This document shows, one piece after another, positions 1 to 6,656 of a stretch of 39,800 nt of DNA. Location: positions 1 to 39,800 of IMG/VR virus record IMGVR_UViG_3300045988_118922. One strand, written 5' to 3'. The translations under genes were made by a program, and so were the position numbers. The stretch comes from a virus. The stretch's first letter is position 1; the number at the start of each line of letters is the position of its first letter. The notes under the pieces are model-generated. The model did no database searches, had not been told where the DNA came from, and was given only the letters and a program-made list of their open reading frames with translations.

Positions 1-1
1 C

Positions 2-445
2 TTGGGGGAAAAAGAAAAAGAAAAAGAAAAAGAAAAAGAAAAAGAAAAAGAAAAAGAAAAACAAAAAGAAGATGAAGATACAGTACCTTTTAAAAAAAAT
101 GTAAGTGAGTCGGTAGGTAATGATTTAAAAGAATTTACTAATCTATTTGAAAAGAATATAGGAACGGTAAATCAATTAATAGCTCAATGGCTTATAGAAA
201 TGACAGAAACTATAGATTTGGATTTATTTACAAGAGCAATAGAGATATGCACCGAAAGAAGTAAAACTAACTGGGGTTATCTAAAAGGCATAATAAACAA
301 CTGGACCAATATTAATATATACACTATGGAACAATTACAAGCATACAAATTGCAACAAGAACAAAACAAACCTAGACAACAAGATGAATTAAGTAAACAA
401 GATCAAGATTTCTTAGATAAATTGGATGCAAAGTTTGGATTATAA
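2..445 (+). CDS. Replisome organizer, C-terminal part (DnaD-like domain). Continues the ORF that starts at 39285; the gene spans the circular junction
   Basis: The frame is continuous with 39285..39800 once the 55-bp end overlap is removed (39747 ttg = position 2). An (EK)9 linker is followed by WGYLKGIINNW...QLQAY, which resembles a DnaD-type C-terminal domain. A DnaC-like loader gene follows immediately. Confidence 0.75.
   Translation: MGEKEKEKEKEKEKEKEKEKQKEDEDTVPFKKNVSESVGNDLKEFTNLFEKNIGTVNQLIAQWLIEMTETIDLDLFTRAIEICTERSKTNWGYLKGIINNWTNINIYTMEQLQAYKLQQEQNKPRQQDELSKQDQDFLDKLDAKFGL
8..67. repeat. Hexanucleotide microsatellite: (GAAAAA)x9 plus one CAAAAA unit, encoding the (EK)9-QK linker
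   Basis: Counted directly: perfect units start at 8, 14, 20, 26, 32, 38, 44, 50 and 56, with a variant unit at 62-67. Confidence 0.95.
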
Positions 446-450
446 AGGAG

Positions 451-1206
451 ATGAATAAAATGGATGCAGTTTTATTAGATAGATTAAAAGTTGCTTTGGA
501 AAAACATGCTCCAGAACCAGCAAAATATGATTGTCCTAAATGTGAAGATAGAGGATATACATTCGAGATAAAAGATGGATATGAAGTGGCTGTACCTTGT
601 AGCTGTTTAGAAAAAAGACAAAGTATCGAAAAATTAGCCTTAAGCAACCTTACAGAGGTTTTTAGACAAAAGACGATTAATTCCTTTAAAGCTGACAAGG
701 AATGGCAAATAAAGGCAAAGAACGACGTTATACGATACATTGACGACTTCTTAAAAAAAGGAACTAATGCAAGTTTAATATTATGCGGCAATCCTGGAAG
801 TGGAAAGACACATCTAGGAATCGGGACCATGTTAGAACTTATAAATAACAATGTTGGGTGTGTATATAAAGAGTATATATCAATGCTGACTAATCTAAAA
901 CAAGTTATCAATGAGGAAGAAGAATTTATAAGAGAGTTAGAAAAATATATAAATCCAAGAGTGTTGTTCTTGGATGATTTTTTAAAGGGAGAAGTTACAT
1001 CAGCAGACCGAAAATACATATATAAAGTTATAAATACTCGATATTTAAAAGGTAAACCAATGATTATATCAACTGAGAAAAGTTTAAAAGAGATATTGAT
1101 GTGGGATGAGGCTGTTGGGTCACGAATCACAGAAATGAGCCAAGGTAATATAATAACATTCCCTAGAGGAATAGAAAACAACTATAGATTAAGAAATATC
1201 ATATAA
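451..1206 (+). CDS. DnaC/IstB-like AAA+ ATPase (replicative helicase loader)
   Basis: Walker A GNPGSGKTHLG and Walker B-like VLFLDDF. N-terminal Cys cluster CPKCEDRGY...VPCSC. RBS aaaggag upstream. Sits directly after the replisome organizer. Confidence 0.85.
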   Translation: MNKMDAVLLDRLKVALEKHAPEPAKYDCPKCEDRGYTFEIKDGYEVAVPCSCLEKRQSIEKLALSNLTEVFRQKTINSFKADKEWQIKAKNDVIRYIDDFLKKGTNASLILCGNPGSGKTHLGIGTMLELINNNVGCVYKEYISMLTNLKQVINEEEEFIRELEKYINPRVLFLDDFLKGEVTSADRKYIYKVINTRYLKGKPMIISTEKSLKEILMWDEAVGSRITEMSQGNIITFPRGIENNYRLRNII

Positions 1207-1213
1207 AACAAAA

Positions 1214-1244
1214 GATAGAAGGTGATTAACCTTCTATCGATTTT
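1214..1244. terminator. Bidirectional hairpin terminator between convergent genes
   Basis: 9-bp stem GATAGAAGG / CCTTCTATC (1214-1222 / 1230-1238) with a 7-nt loop. T-rich tracts follow on both strands. The RHH gene stop codon lies in the loop. Confidence 0.6.
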
Positions 1245-1363
1245 AAAAAGTCTTTCAGTATTTTGTTTATTTGACTTGATATAGTTCTATCCTCTTCGGA
1301 TGCATATTGTTTTAGTTTTTCTAAAACTTCTTCATCTAGAGTTATAGCAATTTTCTTTTTCAT
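1226..1363 (-). CDS. Small ribbon-helix-helix (CopG/Arc/Mnt-like) DNA-binding protein, 45 aa (absent from the ORF track)
   Basis: Own translation: MKKKIAITLDEEVLEKLKQYASEEDRTISSQINKILKDFLKSIEG. This shows the beta-strand/helix/helix pattern typical of RHH proteins. RBS agaggtga lies 5-6 nt before the ATG, with an extended -10 (tgaTATAAT) upstream on the minus strand. Confidence 0.6.
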   Translation of the reverse strand: MKKKIAITLDEEVLEKLKQYASEEDRTISSQINKILKDFLKSIEG

Positions 1364-1382
1364 AATATCACCTCTTGGTGGT

Positions 1383-1451
1383 ATTATATCATGATTTCAG
1401 ATAAAAATAAATCTAAAATACTTGATAAAGTATGACAAAGTATGATAAAAT
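1383..1451. promoter_or_regulatory. Divergent promoter region between the RHH gene and the AntA gene, with two 10-bp direct repeats (candidate operator)
   Basis: Minus strand: TGaTATAAT (complement of 1383-1388). Plus strand: TTGATA (1422-1427), 18 nt, TAAAAT (1446-1451). AAGTATGACA (1428-1437) and AAGTATGATA (1438-1447) fill the spacer. Confidence 0.4.
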
Positions 1452-1506
1452 AATACTATCAACAAGGATGGACGGAAATAAAAATAATACAAAGGGAGCT
1501 GAGGGC

Positions 1507-2124
1507 ATGGATACTTTAATTAGAATTGAAAATGGAGAACAATTAGTATCAGCTAGATATTTACATGAAGCATTAGAAAGTAAAGAAAGATTTAGTAAAT
1601 GGTTTGATAGAATGTTAAGTTATGGTTTCGAAAAAAATGTAGATTTTGTGGTGTGTACTAAAAAGTACGCAGCAAATCAATATGGTGGAGAAAAAGAATT
1701 AGACGACTATGCTTTGAAACTAGACATGGCTAAGGAAATATGTATGATACAAAGAAGCGAAAAAGGTAGAGAATTTAGAAAATATTTCATTGAAGTAGAA
1801 AAAGCTTATAGAGATTTACAATTCAGAATAGGCGATAAAAAACATCAACTTGAATGTATGGAGCTATTACAAAGTTATCTTCCAGAAAAACTAAAACAAG
1901 AGAAAGTATCTTACATTAAAGCAAATACAGTAGTAAATAAATGTGTTAGTGATTACTTTGGATTCCCTAAAATGTTAAAGAAAGCTGAAATGAATAACGA
2001 AATGCTTATAGTTAGAGAAAATGTATTAGATGATTATTTAAAATTATTTGAAGTATTACAAGATAATGGGGAAGTTAAGGATGCATTATATAAAAAATAT
2101 AGTAAGAAAGTATTAGCGGGATAA
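1507..2124 (+). CDS. AntA-type phage antirepressor
   Basis: LIRIENGEQLVSARYLHEALESKERFSKWFDRMLSYGFEKNVDF matches the AntA N-terminal domain pattern as I recall it. I chose the ATG at 1507 (RBS gggag/gaggg) over the track start at 1432, which has no RBS. Confidence 0.7.
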   Translation: MDTLIRIENGEQLVSARYLHEALESKERFSKWFDRMLSYGFEKNVDFVVCTKKYAANQYGGEKELDDYALKLDMAKEICMIQRSEKGREFRKYFIEVEKAYRDLQFRIGDKKHQLECMELLQSYLPEKLKQEKVSYIKANTVVNKCVSDYFGFPKMLKKAEMNNEMLIVRENVLDDYLKLFEVLQDNGEVKDALYKKYSKKVLAG

Positions 2125-2145
2125 CTTACAAAGGGGGATAATCAA

Positions 2146-2685
2146 ATGGCAACAAGACTATCAGATATAGAAAAAAGAAAAATAAAGAGATTGTTTAGCG
2201 AAGGAATCAGCATATTAAATATATCTTATGAATTAAACAGAAGTAAATCTACTGTTAGAAAGTACATAAACGATGCAGGACTTATTAGAGAACCAAAGGT
2301 AGTAGATTTAACAGGACAAGTATTTGGCAGACTTACAGTATTAGAATTAGATCATGTTAAAAGAAGTACTAGAAACTGGAAATGTCAATGTAGCTGCGGA
2401 AATATAACAGTAGTAAGAGAAAGTAACCTACTGCATGAAATAACCAAAAGTTGTGGATGCATTAAAAGAGAATCTAAAAAGCCTAGTAAGATAGAGGTAC
2501 AAAAAATAGCCCCTAGACGTAACAGCGGTGGTGCATTTTTCTTACAAGCTGGAGAAATAAAACTAAAAGGCAATTATGAAAGCGAGAAAAAATGCAGCAA
2601 AGTAAAAGAATACAAATTATCACCTCAGGAATTAGAAAAATATCTAAAAGAGTTAGAAACAAAAGAGATTCAAAGAAGAAAATAA
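2146..2685 (+). CDS. HTH DNA-binding protein with a Cys-cluster (zinc-ribbon-like) domain
   Basis: N-terminal resolvase-type HTH (ILNISYELNRSKSTVRKYI). Then GQVFGRLTVLE...WKCQCSCGN...KSCGC, a motif recurrent in phage proteins. Confidence 0.5.
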   Translation: MATRLSDIEKRKIKRLFSEGISILNISYELNRSKSTVRKYINDAGLIREPKVVDLTGQVFGRLTVLELDHVKRSTRNWKCQCSCGNITVVRESNLLHEITKSCGCIKRESKKPSKIEVQKIAPRRNSGGAFFLQAGEIKLKGNYESEKKCSKVKEYKLSPQELEKYLKELETKEIQRRK

Positions 2686-2697
2686 GGAGGGAGAATA

Positions 2698-3093
2698 TTG
2701 AAAAATATAATCACAGTAAAAAATATAAAAACTGGTGAAGTATTAGAGTTTACAGGCCAAAATGCAGTAGCGAAGTATCTTACAGGTGTATATGGCAAGA
2801 AAATATACGCTGGAGCTGTAGCATCAGCTATAAGACAAAGCATTCCATATAAAAATACATGGGAAATAAATTTTATAAAAAATGCTAATAAAAAAATATG
2901 CGATTATTGTGGCAAAGAATATACAAGTAATAGAGCAAATCAAAGATTTTGCAGTAATACTTGTAGAGAAGAATATCGTGCAGAAGAAAAAAGAGGACCA
3001 GCGATAAACAGTGAGGCGAAAATAACAAAAGACAAAGAAAAATTAGTACGTAAATTAGTAACAATGTTAGCACCATATAGAACAGCAAAATAG
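2698..3093 (+). CDS. Hypothetical protein: homing-endonuclease-type (NUMOD/IENR-like) DNA-binding module plus a C-terminal zinc ribbon
   Basis: TTG start after RBS ggaggg. IKTGEVLEF..QNAVAKYL...PYKNTWEINF, then CDYCGKEY...FCSNTCREEY. N-terminal paralog of 3104..3331. Confidence 0.5.
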   Translation: MKNIITVKNIKTGEVLEFTGQNAVAKYLTGVYGKKIYAGAVASAIRQSIPYKNTWEINFIKNANKKICDYCGKEYTSNRANQRFCSNTCREEYRAEEKRGPAINSEAKITKDKEKLVRKLVTMLAPYRTAK

Positions 3094-3103
3094 GGGGGAG
3101 CAA

Positions 3104-3331
3104 ATGCTAAGAAATTACAAACCAAAACCAGTTATAGCAGAAAACATAAAAACTGGTGAAATATTAGAATTTCAAAGTCAATATGCACTAGCAAGATATT
3201 TTACTGACTTATACGACATAGAAAGTTCTAGCAAGAATGTAGGTAGATTAGCAAAACAAAAGAAACCTTATCGCAAAACTTGGAAAATACAATTTAAGGG
3301 GGAAGACAATGGAGAGATATCAGCTAAATAA
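3104..3331 (+). CDS. Hypothetical protein, tandem paralog of the N-terminal module of 2698..3093
   Basis: IKTGEILEFQSQYALARYF...PYRKTWKIQF. The two genes also share the nucleotide string ataaaaactggtgaa. Confidence 0.5.
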   Translation: MLRNYKPKPVIAENIKTGEILEFQSQYALARYFTDLYDIESSSKNVGRLAKQKKPYRKTWKIQFKGEDNGEISAK

Positions 3332-3761
3332 AAATGGAGAAGGGTATACAGATCTAACAGCTTGTAAAGGAATTAAGAGAGCAGATAAAAATAAAACAAG
3401 TAAGCAAAGAGTAACAGAAGCTGACGAGCAAAAAGCACTAATGCAATGGGCAAAATGGCAAGAAGGAAGATATCCAGAGTTAAAACTTTTATATCATTGC
3501 CCTAATGGTGGAACTAGAAATAAAATGGAAGCTGCAAATTTAAAAAGACAAGGAGTAAAAGCTGGAGTACCAGATTTATTCCTACCAGTAGCTAGAAATG
3601 GGAAATATGGCATGTTTATAGAGATGAAAGTTGGGCGTAACAAATGTACCGACAATCAAAAGAAATGGATTAGAAACCTATTAGAGCAAGGATATGAGGT
3701 TAAGGTTTGTTACAGTTGCGAAGAAGCAATACAAGTAATAAAAAAATATCTAAATATATAG
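3309..3761 (+). CDS. VRR-NUC domain nuclease (PD-(D/E)xK fold)
   Basis: EQKALMQWA...GVPDLFLPV...GMFIEMKVGRNKCTDNQKKWIRNLLEQGYEVKVCYSCEEA is the classical VRR-NUC pattern. Confidence 0.85.
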   Translation: MERYQLNKNGEGYTDLTACKGIKRADKNKTSKQRVTEADEQKALMQWAKWQEGRYPELKLLYHCPNGGTRNKMEAANLKRQGVKAGVPDLFLPVARNGKYGMFIEMKVGRNKCTDNQKKWIRNLLEQGYEVKVCYSCEEAIQVIKKYLNI

Positions 3762-4031
3762 GTGAATAAAATGGAATTTGAATGTGAAAATCTTACAACT
3801 TTAGGTTGTGAGAGAATGGATTCAGTAAAAGAGTTAATGCTGCTGGAACAAATAGAAAGCAACGAAGAACTTGATTTAAATAGAATTTGTAAAAATCAAT
3901 GTTGTAAAGACTGTGACAATACAAATCAATGTTGCTATACATGCGGTCGAATTAGTTGGAAGGATCCAGCAGAAGAATTTGAAAAAGAAGAAATAAAACA
4001 AGTTGATTATGAACAACTAAGTTTTATATAG
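3762..4031 (+). CDS. Cys-rich hypothetical protein
   Basis: ORF with GTG 3762 or ATG 3771 as start, containing CKNQCCKDCDNTNQCCYTCG. Its last 35 nt are duplicated at 5224-5258. Confidence 0.5.
   Translation: MNKMEFECENLTTLGCERMDSVKELMLLEQIESNEELDLNRICKNQCCKDCDNTNQCCYTCGRISWKDPAEEFEKEEIKQVDYEQLSFI
3984..4018. repeat. Left copy of a perfect 35-bp direct repeat (aaagaagaaataaaacaagttgattatgaacaact)
   Basis: Identical to 5224-5258 by direct comparison. Confidence 0.95.
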
Positions 4032-4043
4032 AGGTGAAAGTCT

Positions 4044-4121
4044 ATGAAAATAAAAACAATTCAATATTTGCAAATCCTTGTAAACAAGGTTATGAGATTT
4101 GAGGATTACTTAGTCCAATAG
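4044..4121 (+). CDS. Possible 25-aa leader peptide ORF (MKIKTIQYLQILVNKVMRFEDYLVQ)
   Basis: Strong RBS gaggtg 7 nt upstream. Lies at the 5' end of the long leader of the PAPS-reductase-like gene. No homology argument is available. Confidence 0.25.
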   Translation: MKIKTIQYLQILVNKVMRFEDYLVQ

Positions 4122-4287
4122 TTTGACAAACCACATTGAGGTAATGTGAATCGCTTTAGGTGAGTGAATGAAATGTAAAATGGATTTAAATAGCCTGAGT
4201 GGATATAAGGAGTAAGTCAAACACTCGGTTGGGAAGCCTATCCATTACCTATATAGATTAAGAAATTGATTTATATAGGTGTGAATA
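4121..4287 (+). promoter_or_regulatory. Structured, ORF-free leader upstream of the PAPS-reductase-like gene (candidate cis-regulatory RNA)
   Basis: Stems: GTTTGAC 4121-4127 / GTCAAAC 4216-4222; CACATT 4132-4137 / AATGTG 4143-4148; TGGATA 4200-4205 / TATCCA 4239-4244; CCTATATA 4248-4255 / TATATAGG 4272-4279. The last stem overlaps the RBS aggtg. Confidence 0.3.
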
Positions 4288-5208
4288 TTGAACTTAAATG
4301 AGTTAAGGATATTACAAAATTATCCTTTAGAAATGAAAATAGAGAGAACAAAACAACGAATTAGAGAATGGGTTGATTATTATGGTGAGAATGGAACATA
4401 TATAAGTTTTAGTGGTGGAAAGGATAGTACAGTTTTATTAGACATAGTAAGAAGTATATATCCTAATATCGAAGCAGTTTTTATAAATACAGGACTTGAA
4501 TATCCAGAGATTTATAAATTTGTTAAAACTTTTAAAAGTGTTACCATTCTTAAGCCAGAAATGAATTTTAAACAGGTTATAAATACATATGGCTATCCAG
4601 TAATCAGTAAAGAAAATAGTCAATACATATATGAAATAAGACATAGTACTAAAAAAATGAGACAAAGACGATTATATGGAGACAGTAAAGGGAGATTTAA
4701 ACTTCCTAATAAGTATCATTACTTAATAGATGCACCGTTTGAAATATCAAATAAATGCTGCGAAGTTATGAAAAAACGACCTGTAAAGAAATTTGAAAAA
4801 GAAACAGGTAAAGTTCCTATTATTGGAACTATGGCAGAAGAAAGTAGTTTAAGACAACAAAGTTACTTACAACATGGGTGTAATGCATTTGAAAGCAAAA
4901 GACCTGTAAGTACACCACTTGGATTTTGGAAGCAACAAGATGTACTAGAGTACATTTATAAGAATGATCTAAAAATAGCAAGTGTTTATGGTGAAGTTAT
5001 AGAAGATAAAAATTTACTTGATGAATGTACATATAGCACTACTGGATGCGAAAGGACAGGTTGTATTTACTGCTTATACGGAATACAGTGCGATACAACA
5101 CCTAATAGAATACAAAGACTAAAGAAAACACATACAAAGCAATATAACTATTGCATTAACAAATTAAAGTTAGGTGAAGTATTAGATTACATAGGAGTTA
5201 AGTATTAG
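4288..5208 (+). CDS. PAPS reductase / DndC / IbrA-like PP-loop ATP-pyrophosphatase family protein
   Basis: PP-loop motif FSGGKDSTVLLDIV near the N-terminus. C-terminal Cys cluster TGCERTGCIYCLYG. TTG start after RBS aggtg. Confidence 0.8.
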   Translation: MNLNELRILQNYPLEMKIERTKQRIREWVDYYGENGTYISFSGGKDSTVLLDIVRSIYPNIEAVFINTGLEYPEIYKFVKTFKSVTILKPEMNFKQVINTYGYPVISKENSQYIYEIRHSTKKMRQRRLYGDSKGRFKLPNKYHYLIDAPFEISNKCCEVMKKRPVKKFEKETGKVPIIGTMAEESSLRQQSYLQHGCNAFESKRPVSTPLGFWKQQDVLEYIYKNDLKIASVYGEVIEDKNLLDECTYSTTGCERTGCIYCLYGIQCDTTPNRIQRLKKTHTKQYNYCINKLKLGEVLDYIGVKY

Positions 5209-5217
5209 GAGGAAAGC

Positions 5218-5271
5218 ATGAATAAAGAAGAAATAAAACAAGTTGATTATGAACAACTGACATTCTTTTAG
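5218..5271 (+). pseudogene. 17-aa remnant ORF (MNKEEIKQVDYEQLTFF) that looks like an internally deleted copy of the 3762..4031 gene
   Basis: Shares the MNK start context and the 35-bp repeat that encodes the C-terminus of 3762..4031. Strong RBS aggagg upstream. Confidence 0.35.
5224..5258. repeat. Right copy of the perfect 35-bp direct repeat
   Basis: Identical to 3984-4018. Confidence 0.95.
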
Positions 5272-5280
5272 GAGGATAGT

Positions 5281-5508
5281 ATGGAAGAAAAATACATATA
5301 CAAGTGTGAATATTGCGGGAAAGTTTACGACTGCAGAAAGCAAAAACATTATACGATTGACATTCCTGGAGAAAAGTTTTTAAAACAAACTTGCAGTTTA
5401 GAATGTGCAGAAAAGTATAAAGATAGATTAATAGAGGAAGCAGAAAAAAGATGCTTAAATCTAAGACAAAATACTAAAATTGTTGAATATTGCAAGGAGG
5501 GAATATGA
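5281..5508 (+). CDS. Small Cys-containing hypothetical protein
   Basis: ORF with RBS aggagg. CEYCGKVY...CSLECAEKY is zinc-ribbon-like. Confidence 0.5.
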   Translation: MEEKYIYKCEYCGKVYDCRKQKHYTIDIPGEKFLKQTCSLECAEKYKDRLIEEAEKRCLNLRQNTKIVEYCKEGI

Positions 5509-5572
5509 TAAAAGCACAAAAAGAAATGCTGACAGTTAGTGACCAGTTATGTTTATTTTAGGAGGTGATAGA

Positions 5573-5704
5573 TTGATATTAAGTAGAGTAAATGAAATTG
5601 TAGAACTGGCTAGAATCTACATGATAGCTTACAAGTTAGAACCTATGGAGGCTATCGAATGTGCAATAAAAGATATAGAAGAACATGATAAGGGGGACTA
5701 TTGA
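5573..5704 (+). CDS. Small hypothetical protein, 43 aa, TTG start
   Basis: RBS ggaggtg upstream. Its stop overlaps the next ATG (tgatg). Not in the ORF track. Confidence 0.3.
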   Translation: MILSRVNEIVELARIYMIAYKLEPMEAIECAIKDIEEHDKGDY

Positions 5705-6093
5705 TGGAAGAAAGAAAACTAATATATCCAGCAATATACAAACATTTTAAAGGCAAATATTATGCAACTATAGGATTGGTTTCTCCAATGAACAAAAAAG
5801 AGATAGATACACTTATAGAGAATTTTAAAGAAGAAGAGACTATAGAAAATATAACTTGTATGTATGCACTACATACAGAAACTCAAGAACATATCCAAAT
5901 AATTAAAGTCGATGATGAATTAAAATACTTAGACTATTATTCAAGATATAATGAAAAATTGGTTTTATATAAATCTTTATATGATGATGCAATACCATAT
6001 GTTAGACCATATGATATGTTTATGAGTGAAGTGGATAAAGAAAAATATCCAAATGTAGAACAAAAGTATCGACTTGAATTAGTTAGATATTAG
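5704..6093 (+). CDS. DUF1653-like protein
   Basis: YKHFKGKYY...HTETQEH...LYKSLYD...YVRPYDMF resembles the DUF1653 pattern as I recall it. Confidence 0.5.
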   Translation: MEERKLIYPAIYKHFKGKYYATIGLVSPMNKKEIDTLIENFKEEETIENITCMYALHTETQEHIQIIKVDDELKYLDYYSRYNEKLVLYKSLYDDAIPYVRPYDMFMSEVDKEKYPNVEQKYRLELVRY

Positions 6094-6103
6094 GAGGGAA
6101 AAT

Positions 6104-6646
6104 ATGAAGAAAAATTACAAAGTTATATTAATAATAGCTGCAATAGTAGTAGCATTTATAGGATTAGGTGTATTTATAGCACAAAACTCACAAAACAAAG
6201 CAATATCATTTGAAGAACAAGTTGACAGTGCTAAATCAGATATAAACATACAAGAAAAACGTAGACAAGATTTATTATATAATCTAGCTGATTGTGTAAA
6301 AGAATATGATAAACACGAATCAGAAACTTTAAAAGACTTAGCTAAAGCAAGAACAACAGAAGATAATACAAAGAATGCAACTACAGTATTAAAAGCAGTA
6401 AGTGAAGCTTATCCAGAGCTTAAATCAAATGAAAACTACAAAGAGTTTATGAATGAGTTAAGTACAACTGAAAATCTTATAGCGCAATATAGAGAAAATT
6501 ATAATCAAGCTATAAAAGAATACAACAGATATGTAAAGAAATTCCCTGCGAGATTATTTTTAGATCTAACAGGATATGAAAAACAAAATTATACATATTT
6601 AAAATATAATGCATCAGAAGATGCACCTACTAATTTATTTGATTAG
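6104..6646 (+). CDS. LemA family membrane protein
   Basis: N-terminal TM helix, then EEQVDSAKSDINIQEKRRQDLLYNL...YPELKSNENYKEFMNELSTTENLIAQYRENYNQAIKEYNRYVKKFPARLF, typical of LemA. Confidence 0.85.
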   Translation: MKKNYKVILIIAAIVVAFIGLGVFIAQNSQNKAISFEEQVDSAKSDINIQEKRRQDLLYNLADCVKEYDKHESETLKDLAKARTTEDNTKNATTVLKAVSEAYPELKSNENYKEFMNELSTTENLIAQYRENYNQAIKEYNRYVKKFPARLFLDLTGYEKQNYTYLKYNASEDAPTNLFD

Positions 6647-6656
6647 AGGTGACATT

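Noticed and set aside
372-1181. 269-aa minus-strand ORF antisense to the DnaC-like gene. Similar long antisense ORFs occur at 38618-39079, 30602-31021, 20634-21050, 12748-13113 and 25655-25990.
   Set aside because: They are fully embedded antisense to genes with clear family motifs. Their translations are low-complexity and hydrophobic (rich in Ile/Phe/Ser/Leu), they have no RBS, and their compositional bias is typical of the antisense strand of AT-rich coding DNA.
1219-1240. The 11-mer ccttctatcga is shared between the 1214-1238 terminator and the intron (10900-10910), and ctatcgaaa recurs at 11443. This could hint at a repeated mobile-element end.
   Set aside because: Matches of 9-11 nt are expected many times by chance in 40 kb of AT-rich sequence, and there is no extended similarity around them.
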